From Isurus oxyrinchus (lineage: Eukaryota), in NCBI GenBank assembly GCA_026770705.1, contig JANJGN010000151.1, positions 992,001 through 1,056,000 on the forward strand: a stretch of DNA of 64,000 bases, in the 5' to 3' direction. A program made the position numbers and the translations under genes. The notes under the pieces are model-generated. The model was given only the letters and a program-made list of their open reading frames with translations, searched no databases and had not been told where the DNA came from. Positions 1 to 14,220 of this stretch are shown piece by piece (positions within the stretch are counted from its first letter, which is position 1; every line of letters starts with the position of its first letter).

Positions 1-69
1 AAATGTTAACTGTGTTCCTGTCCCACAGATACTGCCAGACCTGCTGAGTTCTTCTAGGTAATTTTGTTT

Positions 70-2096
70 TAGTTACTGCAGCACTATACCCTGTCTCAGT
101 TTATATTAATCAAGACCCTGTATCAGTAATCACTCTACTGGACACTGCCTTCGTTTATATTGATCTAGATCATGTATCAGTAATCACTGCACTTGGTCCT
201 GTCTCAGTTTATGTTAGTCTAGATCCTTTATGAGTAATCATTGCATTAGCCCCTGCATCAGTTTATATCAACCTAGATCCTGTATCAGTAATCACTGCAC
301 TGGACACTGTCCTAGTTTATTTTTTATCTCAGCCGGCTATGAGTAATCACTGCACTATGGCTTGCCTCAGTGTATATCAGCCTTGACCCTGTATCAGTAA
401 TCATTGCACAGGGCATTGAGTGAATTTATATTGATCAAGATCCTGTATCTATAAACACTGGACTAGACCCTGTCCCAGTTTATATTAATCTAAATCCTGT
501 GTCTGTAATCACTGCACTAGCCCCTGTCTCTGTTTATATTGATCTAGACCCTGTGTCAGTATTCATTGTACTAGACCCAGCATCAGTTTATATCAATCTA
601 AACCCTCGAGCAGTGATCACTGCACTTGGCCTGTCTCAAGCTCTATTAACCTAGACCCTGTGTCAGTAATCACTGCACTCGACCCTATCCCAGTTTATAT
701 TGATCTAGACCATGCATCATAATCAGTGCAATGGACACTGTCTCATTTTATATTAATCTAGGCCCTGTATCAGTAATCACTTCTCTATGCCATGCCTCCA
801 TTTTTATCAATCCATATCCTGTATCAGTAATCACTGCACTAGACCTTAACTCAGTTTATATTAGTCCAGAACCTGTATCAGTAATGATAGAACTCAATAC
901 CTCCGTTTATTTTAGTCCAGACACTGTAACAGTGATCATTGCACTAGCCCCTGCCCCAGTTTATATTTATCTAGACCCTGTATCAATGATCACTGCACAA
1001 TGCCCTGTTTCAGTTTACATCAAGCCAGAGCCTGTATCAGTAATCGCAGCACTATAATAAAAGCAAAAAAACTGTGGATGCTGGAAATCCAAAACAAAAA
1101 CAAAAATACCTGGAAAAACTCAGCAGGTCTGGCAGCATCTGGGGAGAGGAGCACAGTTAACATTTCGAGTCCGCATGACTCTTCAACAAACTAAGGAAAA
1201 ATAGAAAAGGGGTGAAATATATCTTATTAGCTTATATCCCACCACCACCACAACCCCCCTCCCACTTAAACCAGCTTATATTTCACCCCTTTTCTATTTT
1301 TCCTTAGTTCTGTTGAAGAGTCATGTGGACTTGAAATGTTAACTGTGTTCCTCTCCACAGATGCTGCCAGACCTGCTGAGTTCTTCTAGGTAATTTTGTT
1401 TTTGTTATTGCAGCACTATACCCTGTCTCAGTTTATATTAATCAAGACCCTGTATCAGTAATCACTCTACTGGACACTGCCTTCGTTTATATTGATCTAG
1501 ATCATGTATCAGTAATCACTGCACTTGGTCTTGTCTCAGTTTATGTTAGTCTAGATCCTTTATGAGTAATCATTGCACTAGCCCCTGCATCAGTTTATAT
1601 CAACCTAGACCTGGTAACAGTAATCACTGCACTTGGCCGCAACTCAAGTTTATTTAATCTAGACCCTGTATCAGTAATCACTGCACTGGACACTGTCCTA
1701 GTTTATTTTTTATCTCAGCCCGCTATGAGTAATCACTGCACTATCGCTTGCCTCAATGTATATCAACCTTGACCCTGTATCAGTAATCACTGCACAGGGC
1801 ATTGAGTGAATTTATATTGATCAAGATCCTGTATCTATAAACACTGGACTAGACCCTGTCCCAGTTTATATTAATCTAAATCCTGTGTCTGTAATCACTG
1901 CACTCAAGCATGTCTCAGTTTATATTAATCTAGATCCTGTATCAGTTATCATTGCACATGAGCCTGTCTCAGTTTGCATTAATCTAATCACTGTATCAGT
2001 AAGCATTGCACTAGGCCCTGTCTCAGTTCATGATAATCTAGACCCTTCATTAGTAATCACTGCACTAGGCACTGTCTCAGTTTATATCAATCTGGA
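70..2096 (+). repeat. 27-bp-unit (54-bp dimer) satellite-like tandem array
   Basis: Alternating units CTAGACCCTGTATCAGTAATCACTGCA / CTAGACCCTGTCTCAGTTTATATTAAT; gives the 9-aa periodic pseudo-ORFs (LDPVSVITA/LDPVSVYIN) at 731 and 1885. Confidence 0.9.
1057..1408. mobile_element. Inverted pair of short retroelement termini (Penelope-associated end sequence) inserted in the satellite
   Basis: About 1095-1222 is the reverse complement of about 1276-1405. The same GGATGCTGGAAAT...CTCAGCAGGTCTG motif borders the GIY-YIG fragment at 2097 and recurs near 9675, 13320, 19850 and 54510. Confidence 0.65.
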
Positions 2097-3395
2097 TAAA
2101 AGCAAAATAGTGTGGATGCTGGAAATCTGAAAGAATAGCATAAAATGCTGGGACATCACAGCAGGTCTGACAGCACCTGTGGTGAGAAAAGCAGAGCTAA
2201 CTTTCTGAGACCGTATGACCTTCCTCAGAGCTAAAGAGAAGTCAAAATGTGATGACATTTGCTGTTTAAGTGGGGTGGAGCAGGTCAGGCTAGATAGAAG
2301 ACAAGCAATAGGTAGGAGTCAGGTGACACTGCCAAACATATCATAGGCAAACAGAAAAAGGGAGTGTTAATGACAGTAGTAAGGCTAAAGTAGGTGCTAA
2401 TAGAGTCATAAAGGTAAGAAAGCAGAATGTGTTAACAGCAGAGCCAGAATCAACACACTGTGAAAGAACAACATGGGATAAGTAACTGATGGCCCTTTTG
2501 GGGGTGTGGTAGGGGTGGTTGGGGAAAAACGGTATAAAAAGGAACGAAAAAGGAGATAAAAAGAGGATAAAACAATGAATAAATAAATAAGGCTGTAAAG
2601 TGGAAGATGAGTTTCTGTTCCTCCAGTTTGCATTGGGTTTCACTGGGGCAATGCAGCAGGTCAAAGAGGGACATGTGTGTATCAGAGAAGGATGGCGTGT
2701 TGAAATTGCAAGTGACAGGAAGGACTAGGTCATGCTTTCAGATAGACCGAAGGTGTTCCACAAAGCAGCCTGCCAGTCTGTGTTTGGTGTCCCCAATCTC
2801 GAGGAGACAGCATTGGGAGCATCGAATGCAGTCGACCAAATTGAACGAGGTGCAATGAAGCGGTGCTTCACCTGAAAGGAATGTTTGGGCCCTTGGACGG
2901 TGAGGAGGGAGGAGGTAAAGGGGCAGGTGTTGCATCTTCTCTGATTGCTTGGAAAGGTGCTATGGGAAGGGATGAGGTGTTGTGGATGATGGAGGAGTGG
3001 ACCAGGGTGTCTCGGAGGGAATGGTCCCTGTGGAATGCTGACAGGGCTGGGGGTGGAGTGGTGAGGGGAAGGTGTGTTTGGTGGTGGCATCATGTTGGGA
3101 TTAGCAGAAAAGACGGAGGATGATCCTTCAAATGTGGGGGTGGTGGGATGAAATATGAGGAAAAGGGGGACCTTATCATGATTCTGGGAGAGAGGGGAAT
3201 GTGTGAAAGCAGTGATGCGGGAGATGGGTCGGACACGGTTGAGGGCCTTGTCAACCACAGTGGGTGTGAAACCTTGGTTAAGGAAGAAGGAAGGCATATC
3301 AGAAGCATTGTTTTGGATAGTGGCATCATCGGAACAGATGTGAAGGAGGTGAACGAACTAAGAGAATGGAATGGCATTTTTCCAGCATTTTCTGT
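2097..3395 (-). mobile_element. Penelope-like retroelement fragment (GIY-YIG endonuclease region), degenerate
   Basis: Minus-strand ORFs give CTSFNLVDCIRCSQCCLLEIGDTKHRLAGCFVEHLRSI (GIY-YIG motif pattern) and FLNQGFTPTVVDKALNRV...KVPLFLIFHP (RT-endonuclease linker); frameshifted. Confidence 0.85.
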
Positions 3396-4070
3396 TTTTA
3401 TATCAACCTTGATCCTGTATTAGTAATTACTGCATTGGACCCTTCCTCCGTTGACATTAACCTCGGCCCTGTATAAGTAATTACTTCACTAGACCCTGTC
3501 TCAGTTTATATCAATCTAAACCCTGTATCAGTAATCACTGCACTAAGCCCTGTCTCAGCCTATACTAATCCAGGCCCTGTATCAGGAATCACTGCACTAG
3601 ACCTTGCCTCAGCTTCTGTCAATCAAGGCCCTGTTTTAATAATTCCTATACATCCCCTGTTCAATTTATTTCACACCCTCATTTGTAACTGTAAACGCTA
3701 GATTACACTTTGCTTAGGTTATTGTTGTACAGGTGAACGTCACTGTTAATAGTACAATGGGCCTTATCTTGTTTATTATTGCAGCCGTCCATATCTCTAC
3801 TTGTGTTGCAATTGGTCCTTTCCCAGTTATCACTGCACCTGACGTTGCTGCTGTTTATATCATGCATATCATGCGCCAGTTATTACTACATTAGGCCGTG
3901 CTTCTGTGGACACTCCAATTAACCCTTTTCCAGTTTGCACTGTAGTACAACCACGTTTTAATTTATATTTCACTGCAAATTGTGTTTTGTTGCTTTACAC
4001 TGAACCATGCTTCAGTTATCACTGCCCTTGACCTGCTGAACTTGTCTCACTGATGACTGTACCGGACCAT
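3396..4070 (+). repeat. Continuation of the 27-bp satellite, progressively degenerate
   Basis: Same CCCTGTATCAGTAATCACTGCACTAG units, decaying toward 4070. Confidence 0.75.
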
Positions 4071-4084
4071 ACGAACACACGAGC

Positions 4085-4730
4085 ATACGAACAATGAGCA
4101 TGAGTAGGCCATTCAGCCCCTCGAGCTTGCTCCACCATTTAATAATATCATGGCTGAACGGATAGTAACATGAAATCTGCATCCTGCCGACCCCCGATAA
4201 CTTATCACCCCCTTGCTTACCAAGAATCTGTCCACCTCTGCCTCAAGGCTCTGCTTCCACTGCCTTTTTAGGGAGCGAGTCCCAAAGACTCATGACCCTG
4301 AGAGTGAAAATATTCACCTCATCTCTGTTTTACATGGGTGACCTCTTATTTTTAAACAGTGACCCCTAGTTCCAGATTCTCCCACAAAAGGAAACATACT
4401 CTCCACATCCACCCTGTCAAGACCACGCAGGATCTTATATATTTCAGTCGTCACCTCTTACTCTTCTAAACCCCAGAAGACATAAGCCTAGCCTGTCCAA
4501 CCATTCCTCAGTAGGCAACCCACCCATTCCAAGTATTAGTCTAATAAACCTTCTCTGAACCTCTTGCAACACATTTACATCCTTCCTTAAATAAGGTGAC
4601 CAATACAGTAGACAATACACGAAACATGATCTCACGGATGCCCTGTATAGCTGAAGCATAACTTCCATACAATTGTATGTAATTCCTCTTGCAATAAATT
4701 ATAACATTCTATTAGTTTTCCCAATTATTT
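4085..4730 (-). mobile_element. CR1-type LINE 3' fragment
   Basis: ORF 4444-4668: EVMLQLYRASVR..YC..YWSPYLRKDVNVLQEVQRRFIRLI..LDRLGL..RRVRGD, the CR1 ORF2 C-terminus. Confidence 0.85.
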
Positions 4731-5004
4731 ACCATTTCTCCTTTTATCTTTCTCTCAGCATTGTATCTGTGTATATAATGCTATCTGCAGTTTAACTTAT
4801 TAATGCACTGGACAATGTTTCTATATACACTACAATTGACCTTTTCTCAGTTATTACTGCACTAGACTATGTCTCTATCTCTATTACATTATATGATGCT
4901 TTGTTTATTAATGCACATAACCGTGCCTCTATATATACTGCAAGTGACAATTCCTGAGCTTCTGTTGCATTGCACAGAGCTTTCGTTTGTATTTTATTAG
5001 GATT

Positions 5005-6166
5005 TATCTGACAACCAAATTGTGGGAAAAGTTATTGCTCATGGAATAAAAGGGACAGAAGCAATGTGGATACAAAGTTAGCTGAAAAAAAGGAAGCAGG
5101 AAGTAATGGTCAATTAATATTTTTCGGGCTGGAGGAATGTTTGTAGTGCAGTTCCCCAGGGGTCGGTCTTGGGACCCTTGCTTTTCCTGATATATATTAA
5201 CCATCTAGGCATTGGTGTGCAGAAGACAATTTGAAAGTTTGCGGATGATACGAAGCTTGGGAGTGTTGCAAACTGCCAGGGGAATGGTGTGGGACTTCAA
5301 GAGAACACAGACAAGTTGGTGGAGTGGGCAGATAGGTGGCAGATGAAATTCAATGTGGAGAAGTGTGAGGTGATACATTTTGGTAAGAGGAACATGGACA
5401 GGCAAAATAAATAAGGGGTGGAGTTTTGAAAGGAGTGCAGGAGCAGAAAGACTTGGGTGTAGATATGCATAGATCTTTGAAAGTGGCAGGACAGGTGGAG
5501 AGAGCAGTTAATAAAGCAAATAGTATCCTGCGCTCTATTAATAGGGGCATAGAGTACAAGAGCAGGGAGGTTATGCTGAATTTATATAAGGCCCTCATTA
5601 GACCTCAGCTGGAATATTGTGTACCGTTCTTTGTACCATATTATAGGAAGGATGTGAATATATTGGAGAGAGTGCTGAAGTGGTTTAGAAGAATGTTCCC
5701 AGGGATGAGAAACTTCAGTTATGAGGGGAGATTGGAGAAGTTGGGATTGTGTTCCATGGAGGAGAAGGCTGAGAGGAGATTTGATTGAAGTTTTCAAAAT
5801 CATGAGTGGGCTGGATAGAGTAGAGAGGAAGAAACTGTTCCCATTTGTAAAGGGATAAAGAATGAGAGGGCACAGGTTTAAAGTGATTTGCAAAAGAAGC
5901 AAATGTGACGTCAGAACTTACTTTTTCACACAACGAGTGGTTCAGCCTGGAATACACTGCCTGGAAGTGTGAGGGAAGCAGGTTCAACTGAAGCATTCAA
6001 GAGGGCATTAAATGATTATTTGAATAGAAACAAAGTGCTAGGGTGCGGGGAAAAGCCAGGGAAATGGCACTAGGTCAGAATGCCCATTTGGAGAGCCGAT
6101 GCAGACAAGTTGGGCCAAATAGCCTCCTGTTGTACCGTTAAAGTTCTGTGATTCTATGATTCTGTG
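5005..6166 (+). mobile_element. CR1-type LINE, RT C-terminal half plus 3' UTR
   Basis: [62 protein letters not shown]; ends in ATTCTATG-type tail. Confidence 0.9.
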
Positions 6167-6781
6167 CTATTATGTTTTAGGCTGCTTCATTCATCACTGT
6201 ACTCTTCTGTGTCTCATCTTATATTATAAAGGCCCTATCCCATTTATTAATACACGAGACCAAGTCTCAGTTATTACTGCACGATAAAAGGTCTCTACTA
6301 ACTGGATAGAGCTGGAGAGAGAGCCAGGTGGACAGGTGGGTATTAATTTTTAATATGTTATAATATCCTGTAGGTAATAATGTGTTGGAAGGATTCATTT
6401 AGTCTTGTTAATAACTATTAGACGTTGTGTGCAATTTCTAATTGCTCTAGTGTGATGTGTGTAATGTTTGTGTTGAAAGTTTGGGGTGAATCTTGTAACA
6501 TTCCCTTCATCAATGAGAATGAGGAATAGAAATAAAGATGAACCACATTGCACTGCACACTGCACAACTTAGTCACAAACTGCATTGTGTTGGAGATGAC
6601 TGATTCATACTTGACTTTATCTATGACAATTGCTCACAGTTTCTTTAATTTCCAGATATTTTTCCCTCTTTCAACAGAAATTTCTGTTTGCTTTTGGCAT
6701 GGTCATTGATTGTGACAGACAGGGTCTGAAGCCGCATCCTCAGGCGAATGGGCTGCTGCAGGCTCCTAATAACCAATGTTC

Positions 6782-6965
6782 CTGTGTGTGAAAGGTATGT
6801 GTGTCTGTGTGTGCATATGTGTGTGTCTGTGTGTGTCTGCGTATATGTGTGTGTGTGTGTGTGTGTTACTGTTTGTGTGTCTGCGTGGCTGAGTGTGTGC
6901 TTGTGCCTGTGCATGTGTGTGGCTGTTTGGCTGTGTGTGTGAATGTGTGCAGCTATATGTGTGGT
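6782..6965. repeat. (GT)n microsatellite
   Basis: Imperfect GT run; explains the CV/TH-rich pseudo-ORFs. Confidence 0.95.
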
Positions 6966-9900
6966 GCGGGTACGTCTAGAACATATCATGCTTCATTGCT
7001 TTCAAAAGACATTGTAATTATTTTTCAACACGTTACGATAGTTTATTGAGAACATATCTATATGCTGCCTATACTGCCGTTAATATTTATCGGTAATGCA
7101 TTGTCTTGAGTACTCTGGAAAGTAATGTCAAGCTGGCCATTCCATTGTCAAGGAAAATACATCTTTAAAATGACTCACTGAACCTCTTCCCTCTCTTCCT
7201 CTGTCTCAGACTACACCTAAATCAGTTAACCTCTCTTCTCTCTCCCAGACTTCACTTTACTCACTTACACAGAATCACAAGGGCCGGATCTGGCAGCTTC
7301 AAGGAACCAATGTTTAAATCTTTTGCTTAAGGCACATTATCACTGAAAAAATTAAGCACCAAAATCTCATCAGAGGAAAATTCAGTGCCATAAAGACACC
7401 AGCTCATTCACTTAACTTCTCTCCTCTCTTTCTCTCAGGCAGCACCAAACTCTCTAAAAACTTTCCATTTTAGAATAACCCCCTGTGAGCGGTATTATTG
7501 TTTTAATTTCCCCTCTTTTCTCCCAGTGATAACATTCAGTCAATCTCGTCTTCAGTTAATATGTTATAACCAAAATAACCTCATTTATTTAATTCTTTAA
7601 ATTTGGAATAGAGTTGAATGTTATGCTGAGACTGGCAGCAATCTGTGTGGTTGTTCTTGATGCTGTCAGAGTGAGTTCACCCTCACAGGCAGGAAGACTG
7701 TTCACGGTGATAACATAAAACTGACACCTGCTGTTTCATTCTCAGGTAACACAACTTCCTGTTTCTCTGCTGCCGGTTCCTAACCGCACATCTCACTTCT
7801 GAGCAGAAAATAAATCCAGGGTCACAATCTGGTGAGAACATCTGTCAAGGCGGCTTATTTCTGGCCACAGAGTCAGGGCAGAGTCACACAGATCACATTG
7901 CGGTGACATTTACAAATGAGACCGTGTGATCCATTTAGAGCTTCCATTTCCAGGACATCACTGGATGGTCAGTCACTGAGCTCCCTCGGGTCCCTGAAGC
8001 TGGGAAATGAGATCTTAAAAGCTTTCATTTTTCGTTGTTATGCTCCACCACCCGCCCCCACTCTAATTACCCCTCCACACCCCACCAACCCCCCTCTCCC
8101 CCACCCGCCATGCACACACACTCCCTACACATGCACTTTCCCTCGAAACTTGTTTCCTCTGTTTCTCTGCAACATTCCGTCTCCCTTTTTCATTTTAAGT
8201 TTCCTTCCCTTAGTTTTATTTCTGTCTCTTTCTCTGTGTATCTCTCTTCCCCTCCCTGTGTGTCGATTAAATAGAAGCGTTCAAAATCATGAAAGGTTTG
8301 TTAGTGTGAATGAAGAGAGACTAGTTCAACTGGTAGGAGGGTCGGTAACCAGGGGACGCAAATTTATTTTGTTGAACAGGAAGACAGGAGGATAATTGTT
8401 TATTTTTTTAACACGGCGAGTTGTTCTGAACTGGAATGCACAGCTTGGAAGGGTGATGGCACCAGACTAATAGTAACTTTGTAAAACGAATTCTATAAAT
8501 AATTAAAGGCGTTAACAATTGAAGGATTACAGGGAATGGGGCCAATTCAAATGCTCATCTATCTCACTGTCCCAGCACCTTTCCTGTATCTACCTCGGTC
8601 CCTCATTGAGCCCAAATAAAATGCAGTAATTTTACAGCTTTCGTCTTCTGCTAACCCTGTCTTTTGACAGCGCTTGAGTGCGTGTGAGTCGATAATTGCC
8701 AAGAATCATTCAGAAGTTCACTACTATTTACAAACCACTTCTTTGAACAAAATAATAACACTGAGTAGTGCTTGTTTAGTAGAAAACACGATTATCTTTA
8801 ACATTTTAAGCTCTGATTCTTCCTCTGGTGAGGTTTTGGTGTTTAATCCTTTCAGTCATCATGTGCCTCACGTTGAAGATTTAAACATTGGCGTGTTTGT
8901 GTAAATGGAGAACTGTCGGTAAGAATGAGAGGGAACAGATTATTTTCTGTTCCTCTGACAGATGCAGCATTGATCCTTCAGATATCAGAAATCTCTGGAG
9001 TCCGCCTTGATGGTCCTCCCCTTGGGTAGAACATCTTTTAGTCAGGTGGAGTCAGTCACACGGGCCTCTGTCATGATGTTTCCGCTCCGTTTTTACCGCA
9101 CAAATCCCTGGGTCACTCCCCATAACACAGAAGCCTGTGCTAAGGCCCTAAACATCATTGCTTCCTCACACTTTCACACCCTATTACAGTCAGGTGTTTA
9201 TGAGATCCCCTGCCTCTCTTTATGTTAGATTACCAGCAGCCTTTGTTACTGACACACTGGAGCCGGCCTCTGTGATTATTATTGGACCAGGCCCCAGTTT
9301 GGCCCAGGTTCAGCAGTCAGAATTCCCTTTGCAAATCCAAGGAGTCAGAGGTTCTTTGTTTTTTTTTTGGAGAGGGCGGGAAGGTCAAAGCAGCAACAAT
9401 GTCCCCAGGAACCCGTCCTTTGCTGGATAGAGGAACTGTCCAGAGTTTCTCTGTCTTTAATTCCTCCTCCTGAGTGTAAGGAAATAATGGATAAAAGAAC
9501 AGAAAGGCTGACATATAAACTATCACTGTGAGCATTCGCCGTTATTAAGTGGTCAACTCTCTAGATTGAGGCTTCAACCCACAACCGTTTGACCCAGGGG
9601 TAAAAGTGATGCTAATTCGTCAATTCTGACATAATGTCAGTTCCCATTGCATTAGTACAACGGCAACACATGACAGATGCTAGAAATCTAAAATAAAAAC
9701 CGAAAGTGCTGGAAATCCTCAACAGGTCAGACAGCAAGTGTCGAGCCTGTTTGTTTTCCGGTTCGTCATATACTTTGCAGCCTTGGGGAAAGGGTGGAGA
9801 GGCGGGAGGATTTTGGAGGCTGATTAAAAACCGGCGTCTGTCACACGAACACGCTTCCCGTGGTCAACGGAACTGGGCGTGGAATCTGAACATAGATCTT

Positions 9901-10089
9901 ACAGCTGAAAAGCAGGAGGACCTCCAACTGTACCACTTGGGAGTGCAGTGGCTGTGGAGAGAAGCAGAGTTAAAGTTTCCAATCGATGACTCCGGTTCTG
10001 CTGAAGGGTCATCGCCATGAAACGTTCAATCTGTTTATCGCCACAGATTCTGCCTGACCTGCAGAGTGATTCCAGAATGTTATGTTGTA

Positions 10090-11200
10090 TTTGCTATTAC
10101 ACTAGACTTGGTCACTGTTATTGCACCAACTCCATCCCATTCATATTTCAGTCGTGTTTGACTCTGTTATTAGGCATTAGGCAAAAGATTTGCTATTGTA
10201 TCAATTGGCGCTGTCTCACACAAACTATTATATCAGACCCAACTTCGATTTGGGTGGATCGGGTGCTGACTGTGTCATTAACACACTGGATCCAGTGATG
10301 TATTCAGTGATGCACTGCAACCTGGTATCCTCTGTTAACATCAAACATTGCACCAATTACACAGAGCTTTACCGCTTTTAATCTGTTCTCTATATCCAAT
10401 CTCATTGTATAGAACGCTGTCTCTGTAATGGTTGCCCGAAAAGCCTACATGTCATTCAATTCTAATGCAAACCTCTCTCATTATTTCTGAAAATCTTGTG
10501 CCAATCAGTTTTCAATAGTAACCTGATTCTGATATTGTTAATGTTGACCCTGTTTCTGCTAGTGTTTCGCCATGACCTCTTTCAGTTGTTATTTTATACA
10601 AAGTGTTTTTGTTATTATGATCACACAAATATCGGTTCATTCGGTGTTATACCAAGTCCTCCCTCTCTCTTATTCCTGAACTAGCCAATTGCTCTGTTTA
10701 TTTGACTCCTTGGGTCAATTTGTGTTATCACCACACTAGCACATGCCTCTGCCTGTACTACACTAGGTATTGTGTCTGTTAGTAATTGCACTAGCCGATA
10801 CCTATGTTTATATTACACCAGGTCCTGTCTCTGATATTACTGCACGGGCCCATATCCCTGGTTATATAACACCAGGCCTTGTCTCTTTTATTACTTCATT
10901 AGCCGATATCTCCTTTTATATTAAACCAGATACTGTCTCTGTTATTAATGCAGTAGTCCATATCTCTGCTTATGTTACACCAGGTCCGGTGTTTGATATT
11001 ACTGCACGAGCCCATATCCTTGGTTATATAATACCAGGTCTTGTCTCTGTTATTAATTCATTAGTCGATATCTCCTTTTATATTAAACCAGATACTGTCT
11101 CTGTTATTAATACAGTAACCCATATATTTGCTTATGTTACATCAAGTTCGGTCTCTTTTTATACTCGACTAGGCCATGGTTTATTTTCGTTAAGATTACA
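10090..11200 (+). repeat. Degenerate 27-bp satellite with a 162-bp (6-unit) tandem duplication
   Basis: Pseudo-ORF 10770-11204 repeats with a 54-aa period (about 10814-10975 vs 10976-11137). Confidence 0.8.
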
Positions 11201-12404
11201 TTGAATATACAACCTGCAGCTAAAATAATCCATCCAAACATGATTCGAGTGGTTGTGGTGGAATTTGTGAGATAACAGTTCAAAAAGTGGAAACAGAAAT
11301 TCTGAAAGTCTCTGGAGAGCAGCAGGAGTTTCACTCCTTCTCATCAACAGGAAAAATAAACTGGAGAATTACAGGTGTATTAGTCTCATGTCAGGTGTAG
11401 GTAAAGTTTGATTTTTGCCATCACTTGCATAAATCATCACACATTCGAGATTATCAGGAGCTTCTGAGAGATATTGAGGTGATCATTTGTTAATAACCTG
11501 CTGGTTCTTCTGGATGTGATTTTCTCCGCTTTCCAACTGATCACCAGAGACAGATAAAGCACCTTAGAATTGAAATCGTTAGCCTGAAATCACTTTATAA
11601 ACAAATGCACACAACAAACTGGTTATCAATATATATTTACAGTTTTAAACAATCTACAATTTGCATAAATGCATAGTTTTGGATTTGAACACAATCATTG
11701 AACGCAGGATTGGACTGAAAGTTGTCATTGGGAGAAATGAAGAGAAATTGTGAAAAAAATTCTCCAAAGAGTGTTATTAGATAACAAGAGATTCAAAATG
11801 AATAAGGGACTGTCTCAGAGAGAGAGAGAGAGAGGGTGGTGAGGTGGTGGGGAGGGGGGTTGGGGTGGTGGGGGGCGGGAGTTAGATGGTGAGTGGAGAA
11901 GGCGAGAGAGAGAGAGAAACAAAGATTGAGAGAGTGAGAGAGAGAGGAGGTTCAGTGAGTTAGACGCTGCCTCAGGCGGAGAGAAAAGAGACATTCAATG
12001 AGTTTGGTGATAAATATGCTCATCTTAGTGATGAAAGTGTCAGTAAGAAATCACTTTCTAAGCAAAAGTACACAACGAAACATGATATCAATAAATATTT
12101 ACAGCACTAAATCATCCACAGTGACAGTTTGAGTAAAAGAAAATTAAATATTGAAACATTTTGTTAAAGTTCATCACTAATCTTTGAGAAACGGTTGTAT
12201 AAGCAAGAGGCATGATTATTTTTCTAAACGGCATAGATAACTGACCATATCTGATCCATAATTTCTTTGACTAAAACTAAATGAAAATAACTATCAGGTG
12301 CTGCAAAGAACGGGCCATCCAATACCGCCCGTTTTAGGTCAATGCCAGGAAACAATTCCCACCTCAACATCTTTGTGTATAATATTATCTCTCCAACTCA
12401 CAGT

Positions 12405-14220
12405 TGCAGTAATAACAGAGACATGGCCAAGCGTAGAAATAATTGAGGCAGGGTTAGCGCACTAAGCACTGGGTCAATTGATATTAATCCTCTCTTGGGG
12501 CTAGAACAGTAGTGATTGATCCGGCACATGAATTAATAACACCCTAGACAGGGTCTGTTGCAATAATAACTCAGACTGCCAATATTGTAAGACAAACAAA
12601 AACATTAACCAATGGAATAAAAACAGGGACAGGGCGAGTGTAATAAAAGGAGATGTATGAACAAGTACAGCTGCAACTAAGACAGGGTTTAGCGTTGTAT
12701 GTACAGACACAGTGTCCAGAGCAGTAATAACTGGGGGTTTTCCACATGTAATACAACCAGAGCCATGGCCGAATTCAGGAGCAGCTGAGACGAGGCCGAG
12801 CATTGAAATAACTGAGGCAAGAACTGGTGTAATATTATCACAGACATAATCCATTTCAATATAAACAAAGTCAAGCTCTGGTGCAGTAATGCTGAGACAG
12901 GACCAAATGCACCAATTATTGACACAGCATCTACAGTTATACAAACGAACGCTGGGCCTAGTATCAGCAATTATTGAGCCAGGATCTAGTGCAGTAATAA
13001 CAGACTTGGCCTTGTGTAGTATAAACAGAGACATGGTCTACACACAAATAACATTGACATGGCCTATTTTAATATAAACAGAGGCAATGCCTGGTGTAAT
13101 ATTAACGGAGTCAGGGTCTCGTGTAAAATAAACTGAGACAGGGTCTAGTGTAATATAAACTTATGCAGGGTCTAGTGTAATATAAACTGAGACAGGGTCT
13201 ATTGTAATGTAAACAAAGACGTGCTCTAGTGTAATAAAAACCAAGTCGGGCTCCAGTGTAATATTATCTGAGACGGCGCCTAATGTAGTATAAACTGAGA
13301 CAGGGTCGAGTGTTATATAAAACAAAAACAAAAATACCTGGAAAAACTCAGCAGGTCTGACAGCATCTGCAGAGAGGAACACAGTCAACGTTTCGAGTCC
13401 ATATGACACTTCAACAGAATCGAGTGTTATACAAACTGAGATAGGGTCAAACAGAATATAAGCAAAAAGGTGATCTAGTGTAATATAAACAGAGGCATGA
13501 TGTAGTTGAGTAAAAAGTGAGGCAGTTTTGAGTGCAGTAATAATTGAGACAGTGTCTTGTGTAATATGAACACCGACATGGTCTAGTTCAGTAATAACTG
13601 AGGCAGGAGCTAGTGAAAGGAAACTGACACGGGATCTGTTGCAGTTTCATCTGATACAGGACCTTGTTTAATATAAGCTGAGACAGAGTCTAGTGCAATA
13701 ACTGCCAACACAGGGCCTGGATTAATATAAACAGAGATGTGGGCAAGGGCAGCAGTAAGAGAGAGCCACGGTATTATACAATAATAACAGTGACAGGGCA
13801 TCGTGTGATATAAACAGAGACATAGACTGGTGCAGCGTTAGCCAAGGCATCCCCTAGTTTAGTATAAACGTGGCAGAGTCCAGTAGTGCAATAACTAAGA
13901 CAGAGCCTCGTGTCATGTAAACAGGAACATGTTCTGTTTTCGTATAAGTAGAGACAAGTACCAGTGCAGTGACAACTGAGACATGGGCTATTGTCATTTT
14001 AGCCAAGACATGGTTTAGTGCAGTGATAACTGAGAATGTATAGTGTAACAGGGTCTTTGACCTGTATATTGACTGAGGTTGAGCTATTATGGAAACAACT
14101 GACACACAACCTGTTGTAATATGATCAGAAACATCACTGAGTGTAATATATACAGACAAAGGTCAAGTTTAATATGAACAGGGAAAGGGTTCGGTGCAGA
14201 AATGATTGAGACTGCTTGTT
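12405..14220 (-). repeat. 27-bp satellite, opposite orientation
   Basis: Units such as CTAGTGTAATATAAACTGAGACAGGGT are the reverse complement of the array at 70-2096. Confidence 0.85.

Noticed and set aside
731-2130. 9-aa-repeat hydrophobic ORFs (also 10770-11204 and 12501-14159)
   Set aside because: Translation of a 27-bp satellite; frames break freely and there is no gene structure.
1-4070. CRISPR-like regular repeats
   Set aside because: Head-to-tail satellite with no unique spacers, in eukaryotic context.
7623-8010. Leader-like MLRLAAICVVVLDAVR|GTGAGT with an acceptor at 7745
   Set aside because: The donor is phase 0 and the following sequence has no recognisable Cys/Trp framework or RSS.
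8961-9430. Acceptor plus QVQQSE-like stretch suggesting a V exon
   Set aside because: No YYC motif, conserved Trp spacing or RSS.
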